Origin: the human T2T-CHM13v2.0 reference genome, Homo sapiens
Length of the DNA stretch: 64,000 nt
Assembly: GCF_009914755.1 (NCBI RefSeq)
Contig: NC_060933.1
Reading direction: 5' to 3' (one strand)
Shown here piece by piece: positions 48,491-60,050 of this stretch (the first letter of the stretch is position 1; each line of letters begins with the position of its first letter). A program made the translations under genes and the position numbers. Below the pieces are notes generated by a model. It searched no databases. It saw only the letters and a list, made by a program, of their open reading frames with translations, and was not told where the DNA came from.

Positions 48491-48867
48491 TTGAAGGTGG
48501 AATCCTGAAACACGAAAAAATCACACAGATAGCTAAGTACCCTGTTCATGTGCCATGGTTGTTGAATGATAAAAGCCACTTGAAAATGGCTAACGAGTGA
48601 TTTTATTATGTTGAAAAGTATTGCTTAGGAAAAGCAAGTGAGGGAATACTAGAGCATAGTAATCATTGCCTGGACATGTAAGATGAAGATTAAAAAGTGT
48701 GTAAGCAAGGATTCCATAGCTTTGTCTCCAGGGGCCATAAATTGCCTCATAGAGAAAATAAAATTATCCAATCCACTAGCATTTTATTTTTATATTTGTG
48801 AATTCATATTCTATTATAGGATAACTGAAAATAAAAAATGAAGGGAGTTTTTATTTTTTCCATTGGG

Positions 48868-49240
48868 GTCTATAAAAACCTAAAAGCTCCATCGAAAATC
48901 ATTTAGCACTGAAAAAACATTCAGTAAAATTGCAGGATATGAAATCAACATATAAAAATCAGTAGCATTTCAATACACCACCAACAAAGTAACAGAAAAA
49001 GAAATCAAGAAAGCAATCCTATTTACAACAGATTATCTGAAAAAGACAAAATGACTAGGAATACATTTAACCAAGAAGGCAAAAGAACTCTATCAGGAAA
49101 AGTATAAAACATGGAAAAGCAATTCATGTAAGAATTAATACTGTGAAAATGATTACATCACTCAAAGTGATCTGAAGATCTAATCAACTCCTACCACACA
49201 ACAAATAACATTCTTCAGATAAATAAGAAAAAAAAATTAT
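48868..49240 (+). mobile_element. L1M ORF2 fragment
   Basis: ttcagtaaaattgcaggatatgaaatcaacatataaaaatcagtagcattt. Confidence 0.75.
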
Positions 49241-49457
49241 GGTAAGGCATCTTGAAAAATAAAATAATAAGATGAAGAATATATAGTACTCCATGAATTA
49301 AATGACCAGATATAAGATATTTCTGATCTCTAAACTGTCACAGCTAGGATACTTCACAAAGCCTTTCATTATTTAGGGCCTATTTGGCCAAAAACATCGG
49401 TTCATTAGATTGAAAATTATTTTGAGTCATGAATCTTATCATATTTATCTTTGTATC

Positions 49458-52400
49458 CACAGTGATTTGCATTCCCCTGATAATGTAGTGATGTTGAACA
49501 TTTTTCATATACCTATTGCCATTTGTGTGTCTTATTTTTGAAAAATGTCTATTCAGCTAATTTGCCCATTTAATCAGATTATTGTTTGTTTGTAAATATT
49601 TGTTAGATCCATTTGGTCTATGGTGCCATTGAGAGCTAATGTTTCTTTACTGGTTTTCTGTCTAGATGATCTTTCCAATGCTGAAAATGGGGTGTTGAAG
49701 TCCTTAAATGTGATTTTATTGGAATCTCTTTCTCCCTTTAGATCTAATAATATTTTTTTCTTTGTATATCCAGATGCTCCAGTGTTGGGCACATATATAT
49801 TTATAATTGTTATATCATTTTTACTGAATCAAGTTTTTTTATATAATAACTTTCTCTGTCTCTTTTTGCTGTTTTTTACTAAGTCTGTTTTATCTGAATA
49901 AGTATAGATACACCCATTCACTTTTGAATTCATTTGCATGGAATGTATTTTCTCATTTTTTAACTTTTGGTCTATGTGTGTCTTTATAGGTGAAGTGAAG
50001 TTCTTGTAGGCATTATATAGTTGGGACATAGTTTAACCATTTATCTACTCTGTGTTTTTTAAATGGGGGAGATTAATCTCTTTACAGACAAAGTTATTAC
50101 TGATAGGCAAGGACTTACTCCTGTCATTTTGTTAATCGTTTTCTGGTTGTTGTGTATATCCACTGTCCTTTTATTTCTCTCATTGTTTATCAGTGCAGTT
50201 TGGTGGTTTTCTCTAGTGATATAGATTAATTCTTTTCTCGTTCTCATTTGTGTATCTGCTCTTCCAGTGAGTTTTCTGCTTTTGCATGTTTTTATGATGG
50301 TGATTATTATCTTTTCACTTTCAGATGTAGGTTTTCTTTGAACATTTCTTTTTAGGCTGATCTAGTGGCCAGGAATTCTCTCAGTGTTTGCTTGTATTGG
50401 AAAGACTTTATTTCTTCCTCATTCTGAAGAATAGCTTTACTGAATATAGTATTCATGGCTGGTAATTTTTTTCTTTCAGCACTTTGAATACATCTTCCCC
50501 TTTCTATCTTGGACTCTAAGGTTTCTGCTGTGAAGTCTGTTGTTAGTCTAATAAAAATTCCTTTATATCAGGAATAGACTTGATGCTGTTCTCTTCATGT
50601 TTTTAGAATTCTTTGTCGTTTAACGTTTGACAATTTGACTATAATATGCTTTACAGAGCACATTCTTGAGTTGAATGTATTTGCAGACCTTTCAGCTTTT
50701 TAGACCTGGATATTCATATCTCTTCCCAGACTTGGAAATTTTTCAGCTATTATTTCATTAAATGGGTTAATTTTGTATGCCTTTGCCTATCTTTTCACCT
50801 ACTGAGGCTTTCATAATATGAATATTGTTTCACTTAAAGGTGGCTTGTAAGTCTTGTAAGCTTTATTCACTTCTTTTTATTATCTCTTTTTTTTTCTTTG
50901 ACTGTGTAATTTCAAATGACCTATCTTTGTTCTGCTCAATCAAGTCTGCTGTTGAAGCTCTCTATTGTTATTTCATTCACTGAAGTTTTAGATGCCAGAA
51001 TTCAGTTTTGTTCTTTTTTATGATATTTCTTTGTTCGTTTTCTCATTTATGTTGTGAATTGTTTTCCTGATTTTGTTGAATTGTCTACCTGCATTTTGTC
51101 TTGCTAAGTTTCCTTAGGATCATTATTTTGAATTTTTTTTTTCTGACAATTTGTCGTTTTCCTTTCCATTGGGGCCTTTTTCAGAGAGTTACTGTGTTAC
51201 TTTGATGCTGTCATAATTCCATGATTTTTCATGTTTCTTGTGTTCCTGCTTTGGTATCTGTACCTCTGGTAGAACAATTGCCTCCTCTGAGCTGTGTAGT
51301 GTGGCTTTCATAGGGAGAGATCTTCACCTGCTGTTGAGTCTTGTTGTGTCAGATGAGGTGATTATTTCTAGGTAGATGCAATGCTATAGTCACTATACAG
51401 CTTCTTCACCTGCAATCAACATGAGCAATTAACTGCGGGTACCTCAGTAGCCTAGGCTGTTGAAGTTCAGGGAAGTGGTGATGACAGCATAGGTTGTTAA
51501 AATCCTTGGTGCCAAGGGCTTTTGGGGTCCTCCTATTATTTTTCTCATAATGGGGAGACTTAGCTACAGGATGTTTTTTGGGGTCAGGTGTGATTATTGG
51601 TGTGTTTATTTTTTGGTGTCAGGTGTGTTTATTGGGAGGCAGAGTGTTGCTTTAACATAGGCAACAGGCCTATGTATTTTTGGAACAGCTCTGCCAAGGC
51701 ATCATTTCAACAGGACTCAGCATGCAGCTTCAGCTCAGACTTTTAGGGGCAGGGTTCATCAGTGACTGGGAAGGGCCTATGGACAACTATGACAAGGCAC
51801 CATTACCTCAGGAGGAAATGTATAGCTTTAGCTAAGGCCACAAGAGGCAGGATGCAGCAGTAGCAACGGTGAAAAGTAGATGGAGCAGCTCCACCAAGGC
51901 ACACTTTCCCCAGGAGGTAGTGGGCAGCTTCAGTTCTGACACAAGGGTGCAGAGCACCATAATTGGTAGAGACAGATGAAACAGGTCTGCCAAAGCCTAG
52001 TTTCTCTAGGAGGAAGAATGCAGTTTCAGCTCAACCACACTTGGAAGGGGTAGATGGAGGAGTTCTGCCAAGACACTTTTTTCCCAGGTGGCAGCATTCG
52101 GCTTCAGCTTAGACCCTTAGAGGCTGGGCACAGTCACATCTAAGAGAGGTAGGTGAAACAGTTATGCCAAGCACACTTTCCCCAGAAGAGTATACATCTT
52201 CAGCCCCAACCTCAGGGGTCTGGGTACAGCTGTGCCTGGGGACTAAGAGGGGTAAATAGGTGTAGCAGCTCCACTGCCACTTGGCCCCATGTAACAGCAG
52301 GTTGCAGCTTAGTCTGGTGATATTGCACCATTGAATGGGGGTGGTTTGGCAGCAGCCTTGCCTCAAGGATGAAGGGGTGCTATGGGCTCTTGCCCCCTTA

Positions 52401-52900
52401 GCATAACACACTCCAGCAGTAGTTCTATTTCCTAGATGGCAGAGGACAGTAGCTGCACAGGCCACAGAGGGTGGGACCCAGGATTGGCTGCTTCTGTGTT
52501 GGGAGCACAGTTGTGTAGACCTCAGGCAGCTCCCTCAGCTGGGCTTAATACCTGTGAGGACTGCAGGTGACCTCAGTGGCATGGACTATAGTTGTCCATG
52601 GTATTGACGGGGGCAGCTGGGTTCCTCTTGCTTATCTTTTCTCTATAAAGATAATGCCTCCTGGTTCCCGGCTGATCCTGCTTGGGGAATGGGGTAGTGG
52701 AAGACAGATGTTTTCTTCTGTTCTCTATGTGGTTATCCTGAATTTCTGTGTAGACCAGGGTTTCTGTTACTCCTTTGACATACGCTCATGCTCTCTTTAA
52801 TTATTTTTGTTAAAATGTAGTTGTTAATCAGCTGTTTTGGCTGTTTTTGTTGTCAGGAGAAGCACTAAAGTCTTCCAATAAAATATTTTGCTGATGTCAC
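49458..52900 (-). mobile_element. Old L1 (L1MA/L1M2-3-like) retaining 5'UTR, ORF1 and EN region, with a large internal deletion
   Basis: EN peptide DFNTPFSALERSSRQK...IDQMDLTNIY (ORF 49574..49792). T-rich ORF1 antisense at ~50250-51300 and GC-richer 5'UTR at ~51300-52900. An ORF2 3' piece lies at 49458-49590. Confidence 0.8.
51686..52280. repeat. Degenerate ~100-bp tandem array, about 7 units
   Basis: cagctctgccaaggc-like anchors at ~51686, 51784, 51886, 51982, 52060, 52159 and 52266, most followed by tttcccagg and gcttcagct. Confidence 0.8.
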
Positions 52901-53385
52901 TTCTTTTCATAGCATTTTTATTCATTATTTCTCCAAATTGGAAATAATCGAGATATTCTTGACCCAAATGTCCTTAAACCAAATTGTGGTATATTCATTC
53001 CACAGAATACTGTTCAGCAATAAAAAGGAATGAACCAACTTGAATTAATACAACTTGACAACACAACTTGAACACAAATAAACAATTTGAATGAATCTCA
53101 AGGTGTTATGCGGAATGAAAGAAGGCAGTTTTAAAGAATTACCTCTTTATGAGTTCAGTTATATGGCATTTGCTAAGCAATAAACTGTAGTGATGAAGGG
53201 CAGTGACAACCAGAGGTTAGGTATTGAGGAATGGTGTGACTATACAGGAGAGTAGGAGGGAATGTTTGGAGTGATGCGACTGCCCTGTATATGGTGGTGG
53301 CTGCCCAAATTTAGATGCATGTTAAAATATATAGAACTGTATACACAAAGAAAAAGGTCAAATTACTACACAATGATATAAAACA
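52900..53385 (+). mobile_element. L1MD/L1ME 3' end
   Basis: aaattgtggtatattcat...cagcaataaaaaggaatgaac; atagaactgtatacac. Confidence 0.7.
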
Positions 53386-53690
53386 TGTACATATATACAA
53401 GCATATACACACATACATGTAAATATCTGTAATTGTCTTTGATTTTTTGATGCTCTGTCCTCATTTAATCAACCTCTGAAGCCCAACTTTCATGTCAGAA
53501 ATTATTTTTGAACAAATTCTATCTGCATGTAATGTGGACTGTATACATGATGAACCTGCAAAGAGAAGAAAAGTATGCCAAGGGTTATGCAATATACTGG
53601 CTTAGTACATAGGGATATTAATTTTGTCAGTAAGCTAAAAGGAAAAATCTGATAGAAACATGCAAGTAAGAAAATATAATGAAACATTGA

Positions 53691-55214
53691 TCTATGTGCC
53701 TATTTTTCATACCAATACCATGCTGTTTTAGTGACGATGGCCTTACAGTATAGTTTAAAATCAAGTAGTGTGATGTCTCCAGATTTGTTCTTTTTGCTTA
53801 GTCTTCCTTTGTCTATGAGGGCTCTTTTTTATGATTCCGTATGAATTTTAAAATTGTTTTTTTCTAATTCTGTGAAGAAAGATGGTGGTATTTTGATGGG
53901 GATCACGTTGAATTTGTAGATTGCTTTTAGCGGTATGTTCATTTTCACATAGACCAATGGAACGGAATAGAGAACCCAGAAATAAACCCAAATGCTTACA
54001 GCCAACTGATCTTCAACAAAGCAAACAGAAGCATAAAGTGGGGAAAGGACACCCTTTTCAACAAATAGTGCAGAGATAATTGGTTAGCCACACGTAGGAG
54101 AATGAAACTTTATTCCCATCTCTCAACTTATAAAAATGTCAACACAAGATGGATTAAAAACTTAAACCTAAGACCTGAAACTATAAACATTCTAGAAGAT
54201 AACATTGGAAAAATCCTTCTAGACATTGGCTTAGGCAAGGATTTCATGACCAAGAACACAAAAGGAAATGCAATAGAAACAAAGATAAATAGCTGGAACC
54301 CAGTTAAACTAAAGAGCTTTTGCATGGCAAAAGGAACAGTCAGCAGAGTAAACAGAGAACCCACAGAGTGGGAGAAAATCTTCACAATCTATCCATCTAA
54401 CAAAGGATTAATATCCAGAATCTACAATGAACTCAAATCAGTAAAAGAAAAACAATCCCATCAAAAAGTGGGCTAAGGGCATGAATAGACAATTCTAAAA
54501 AGAAGATATACAAATGACCAACAAGTAGATGAAAAAATGCTCAACATCACTAATGATCAGGAAAATGCAAATCAAAACCACAATGCGATGCCACCTCACT
54601 CCTGCAAGAATGGCTATAATAAAAAAAATCATAAAACAGTAGATGTTGGTGTGGATGTGGTGAACAGGGAATACTTCTACACTGCTGGTGGGAATGTAAA
54701 CTATTCCAGCTGCTATGGAAAACAATGTGAAGATTCCTTAAAGAACTAAAAGTAGAACTACTATTTGATCCAGCAATCCCACTACTGGGTATCTACCCAG
54801 AGGAAAAGAAGTCATTATTCAAGAAAGACACTTGCACACACATGTTTATAGCAGCACAATTCACAATTGCAAAATTGTGGAACCAACCCAAATGCCCATC
54901 AATCAATGAGTGGATAAAGAAACTGTGATAACTGAAGAATGCAAAACCAAAAATCGTATGTTCTCGCTGATATGTGGGAGCTAAGCTATGAGGATGCAAA
55001 AACATAAGAATGATACAGTGGACTTTGGGGACTTGTAGGGAAGAGTGGGAAGGGGGTGAGGGATAAAGGACTACAAATGTGGTGCAATGTATACTGATCA
55101 AGTGATGGGTGCACCAAAATCTCACAAATCACCACTAAACTTACTTATGTAACCAAATACCACCTGTACCCAAATAACTTATGGAAAAACAAAAATAATA
55201 AAATAAAATAAAAT
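53691..55214 (+). mobile_element. L1PB1-type LINE-1 with 5' inversion
   Basis: Inverted arm 53685-53949 and sense arm 53946-55214. 22-bp TSD agaaaatataatgaaacattga (53669-53690) / agaaaatgtaatgaaacattga (55215-55236). Internal deletion near 54928. Confidence 0.93.
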
Positions 55215-55258
55215 AGAAAATGTAATGAAACATTGAGGCAATAAATACAGCATTTTTC

Positions 55259-55261
55259 TTT

Positions 55262-55294
<33 letters not shown>

Positions 55295-55580
55295 AGACAG
55301 AGTCTCGCTTTCTCGCCCAGGCCAGAGTGCAGTGGTGTGATCTCGGTTCACTGCAGCCTCCCCTTCCTGGGTTCAAGCGACTCTCCTGCCTCAGCCTCCT
55401 GAGTAGCTTGGATTACAGGCATGCACCACCATGCCCGGCTGATTTTTGTATGTTTTATTTTTTAGTAGAGACAGGGTTTCACCATATTGGCAAGGCTGGT
55501 CTCGAACTCCTGACCTCATGATCGGCCCTCGCTGGCCTCCCAAAGTGTTGGGATTAGAGGCGTGAGCCGCCGTGCCAACC
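55259..55580 (-). mobile_element. AluS (Sg-like)
   Basis: Dimer with a long T tract. TSD atacagcatttttc / ataaagcattcttc. Confidence 0.9.
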
Positions 55581-56479
55581 ATAAAGCATTCTTCATTTTT
55601 CTATTGGTTTCTTTCTCTACAGGAGCTAAATAAGATGGAGAGAAAGTGAAATATCTCAGGCATTACCATAAAAATTATATGAATCAGAATATGGTTTTAT
55701 CTAAGCAGAAAACAACTCATAGTACCACTGTGATCAAAGAAGGTAGAAGGGTCAGAGAAAATTATAGTTAAAATTAATTATTAAAGTGTATGTTATAGAG
55801 CTATTTTGGTGTTGATGCTTTCTTATTATTTCCTTCAACTTCTCGTGGCCCCCATGAGTATTCTCGGTAACCAAATGTTTCCCGAAGAACTCTCCAACCA
55901 TTTATAAAGTACAATGATTTTGAAAGAAGCAGTCTAAAGGCCATGAAATAAATTTCCCAAGGCTCTATTATTTTGTTCTCTATTAACATGACTTTAAGTG
56001 TGGCTCAGAATTTCACCTATGTGCAACATTAATGGGAAAATATCTATTCAAGACAGTCAATTGGATAAAAATGCTTGTTTAGGAAACCTGATTGTTAGGC
56101 TTCCCGCAGTTAATACAAAATTATACCTGGCTGTTGCAAGTCACTTAAATGTTCAGGAAAAAACTTATTTCTGATTCTACTGACATTTCCACTGCATTTT
56201 ATCTTTATTCAAATCAAAAGACACTGTAGAATGAGAAAAAATGACAAGGATGTAGGCCCAGCCTTTGACCTTTAGCACAGTTTGTCTACAGTTGGATTTG
56301 CATTACAGCAGTAACATTAACTATCAAGGTCATGTTAGGTGAGTGATTTAACAGCTTTGCATCTCAGTTTGCTTATCTCTACCAGAGGACATACATTATC
56401 AAATACCATTTCAGAACTTACTGTGTGCTGGCTGCCTGTTAAGCATTTTCATGGTATTCTGGTGAGGTAGGAATTATGT

Positions 56480-56765
56480 TCTGGCCTCCTCCACTCTCCC
56501 ACAACACTTATCCTGTTTGTCAGAAAACCCTGTTGGCTCTTCCTTCCAAACATCAGAATCTCATCGTTTCTTACCTCTATCACTGCTGTCATCCTTGTCC
56601 AAACTAACATCATCTCTTACCTGGAGTCTCCTTGTCCTTGCCCCATTGGGTTTATTCTCAACATAACAGCCAAAATGATCCTGTTAAAAGATATCAGATT
56701 TTGTCACTCCCCTGCTCCAAATCCTCACATGATTTCTCAGATCACTTTGTGTAAAAGTCAAATAT
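56480..56765 (+). mobile_element. L2 fragment
   Basis: ccctgttggctcttccttccaaa; catcatctcttacctgga; tgtcactcccctgctccaaatcctc. Confidence 0.7.
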
Positions 56766-56814
56766 GTTGCACAAAAATTGTCAACCTAGATTCGTTTTGA
56801 GTAGATTTTATATA

Positions 56815-56980
56815 TTCTAGGCCCTCTGTATCTGTGGTTTCTCTATCCCTGGATTCAACTAACAATGGATAGAAAACAAGGGAAAAAAAAAAAAAAAAAA
56901 AAAAAAAAACTAAGTCAGTACTGAACATGTATAGACTTTTTTCTCTTTATTTCCTGAACAATACTGTATAGCAACTATGA
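56815..56980. mobile_element. MER2 (Tigger-type DNA transposon) fragment with expanded A27
   Basis: ggccctctgtatctgtgg...ggattcaactaac...gtactgaacatgtatagacttt. Confidence 0.75.
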
Positions 56981-57053
56981 ATACCAAGGAATGATGTATA
57001 TAAATTATATATGTGTGTCTCAAAAAGCAACTTGTAAAATTATAGACTTTTTA

Positions 57054-57398
57054 ATTACATAAGAAATTCCTTACCCCAAATTCTTATAAGGAAAATGCAT
57101 ATATTATTTACATAACAAAAAATGTGCAACATTCTATAATTTGTCTTTAAAATCTTTCCAATGATGAATACCTTACTTATTCCAGCAAATTCTTCCTGTT
57201 ACATTATGTCAGTTGGTTTCAGTATATTATGTGGTAAGAATAGGGCTCTAGAGTTCTCAGTTCTAGAGGTTGACAACGTCAGGAAAGAGTAAAATATTAC
57301 ATAAGAAATTTCTTACCAAAAATTATTATAGGAAAAGGAGTATATTATTTACACACACAAAAAAATGTGCAACATTTTCTAATTTGCCTCTAAATTCT
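57054..57398 (+). repeat. ~100-bp spaced direct repeat (57054-57155 and 57296-57398)
   Basis: attacataagaaatt...tatattatttaca...aaaatgtgcaacatt...taatttg occurs twice. Confidence 0.9.
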
Positions 57399-57469
57399 AA
57401 AATGAGCCAAGTTACAGAGGCAAGGAGAGTTTGATGAGTGATTCATGGATATTTATGTACATAATATGT

Positions 57470-57625
57470 CTGCTATTTAATGACTTTCTCATCTTAGGCA
57501 AATCACAAGATCTTCCTAAATGGCATTTATTTCCTTAATATAGGGGTAATAATAGTATTTCTTATCTCACAATGTTGTTAAGAGAATCAGAGATAATTAA
57601 CAGGAAAGCCTTGGCAATTATAAAT
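57470..57625 (+). mobile_element. MIR
   Basis: cttaggcaaatcac...ggggtaataatagt...tctcacaatgttgttaagagaat. Confidence 0.55.
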
Positions 57626-58549
57626 AAAATATATGTTTTACTTTTCCTTTTTTAAAAGAAACCTTATTGTTTAAAGAGATATGAACAGTGTATACAATCA
57701 AAAGCAATTCTGATTATAATACAATAATCAAGAACATACAAAAACACACAATAATGGAGAATAAACTTTCATTGTTTATATTATATATAAATGCAGGTAA
57801 TCTATATTAAGCAAAATGTTGTAATTAGGTAGTGCCTTAGATAAAATTGATTAACATTATAGAGTCTTCACTTAAATCTTCAAGGATTTCCAGCTAACAA
57901 GATCATCTGAAAGATAAAATGATAAAGTAACTTTCCTTTCAAAAACTGACCCGAACGACTAGGATAGGAAGAAGGTATTCAAGAAAATTGTGATATTTCT
58001 CTCAGTATTTTATTAAATGCCAAGTAAACAAAGTAAAAATATTTTAGAAAGAGCTAATTTAACACATCTTCTGACATTATTATTCACAAAAGCATTTAAT
58101 ATGTATTTTTTCTCTTAAATCCTATGTGGTAATGATTATGATTCAGTTTCTTGTCTTCATTTACTAAATAAAGATTCCAAATTCCCAACCAAACATAATT
58201 TTCCAGTTAAAAATGTTAATCAAATTAAATGCTTTGATTAATAGCAAAATGCAATCAACTAGTACTTATGGAGCATTCATATAAATGGTGAACTGGGTTT
58301 CCAGAGGATAAAATAAAAGGAACAAATAATAAATTATTGTCTCAAATCATAATATATGAGTGGGCTGTAATATGAAAATAAGCTCAGAAAGTTGCATAAA
58401 AGAAGGTTGCTAAACTTAGTCAATAGAAATAGGTAGGCCAAGAGTACAGTGAACACATTATCATCTTCAGTGAATAGTATAAACTTTTCTGCCTTTATCT
58501 CAAAGGCAGAAAAATATAACATTTACTGAGATGGGAGTTGAATAAATGA

Positions 58550-60050
58550 ATTAGGCTAGCTTAATGGCTTTGAGAAAGGCAGTGATGAGAGGTAAATCAC
58601 AGTAGGTTGCTTGGGACAACATTGTTTAGAATTTGGAGTATAAGGTTTACATGTTTTAACTTCATGCTGTTCTCAAAATGGAAAAAAAACATTCTGAGAA
58701 GGGTTAAAATTTTATTAGAGTCATGGTGAAAAAATTGAGACATAAATGTCACTTAAATGGATGTTTTTTTCTTTTTTAAGAATGTGAACAAAACATACCC
58801 AATCTATGTCATAACTATAGTGTATTAGCAGGAAGAAAAGAAAATATGCATGTGAAAAATCCTGAGGAAACGGACTCATTAGGATTTAGGAATATAGACA
58901 TTAAGAGAGAAGACATAATTCGCCATTAATGAATGAAAGCTTTCAACTTCAGGCAGTTTTGAGAGTTATCAAAGAATATAAAGTCTTTGAGTATGTAATG
59001 GGGTCTAGGAGAGTATTTTACAAACTTGTTGGGTTTAAAGTAACAGAACATTTAAGTGGAAATATCCAGAGAGTCATTACACATACAGAAAATACAGACT
59101 AAATCTCCAGAAAGAAGCTAGACTAAAAAGAATAATTTAAGCGTCCTGGGCACAGAAGTGAGAGTTGAGGCTATGAACCTGACTGATTTCTAAAGGAAAG
59201 CCAACAAAGAAAATCTTCCCCAAGGAAAACTTGGAGAACATCTAATCATTGTCTATGGAAATTTGGAGAGAAATAGAACAGAGTTAAATATTTATTATAA
59301 ATTGAGGGGAAGCAATATTATTAAAAAGAATGAAATGACCAGTTGTGTTAAACATTTCAAGGAGGTAAAAGAGGGTGGGACAAAGAAGAGAAAACTGGAT
59401 TGACAATCAGAAAGACTCTGTTAATAGATTATGTCCAGAGACGACATCCAGAAGAAACCAGAAGAAAGCCAGATTATAAGGTGTTAAGGAATTGGTAACT
59501 GATGATCAAATGGAGGAAGAAAATAATGCATTATGCTTTCTAGAATGTTTGCAAATCAACCTTTTAATTAATCAGAAAATTATTAAATCACTTATATCCA
59601 ACCAGAAATTGGAAATGTCACTGAAGCCTGGATTACAAACAGCCAACCATAACAGAGTTATGCTCTGGCTGCTGGAGTAGGGTTGAGGAGAGAGAATCCG
59701 AGTAACAGATGCCGTGAGACTCCATGTAAGGAGATCCAGCCTAGTATCTGAAGGTCAGGGTAGGCTTCTCAGAGGTAGTGACTGTCGAGAAATGGAGGTG
59801 GGTATAAGAAAAGAAGAAGAACTGGGGAAGACAGGCAGCTCAGGTAAGAGAAAAAGAATATCAAGTAGCTGGAAAATGGCCCACGTCAGGACCCTGGAAA
59901 GGAAAATATTGTGAGGGGGTTGGTGAGAAATCAGGAAAGTGATGAGAGGTAAGGCTTAAAAGGAAATCATGGCCTTGAAAGTGCTGCTAATAAATTATAA
60001 CTTTCCCTTGAGTACACTGACTAATGGGGTTCTAAGTAGGGGGCTGATGT
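58550..60050 (-). mobile_element. Fragmented, highly diverged L2
   Basis: aagtggaaatatccag; gaccagttgtgttaaa; ccagattataaggtgttaagga; ggtcagggtaggcttctcagagg. Confidence 0.5.

Noticed and set aside
51686-52280. CRISPR-like repeat-spacer appearance
   Set aside because: Units are degenerate along their whole length and lie in an L1 5'UTR in mammalian DNA with no cas genes.
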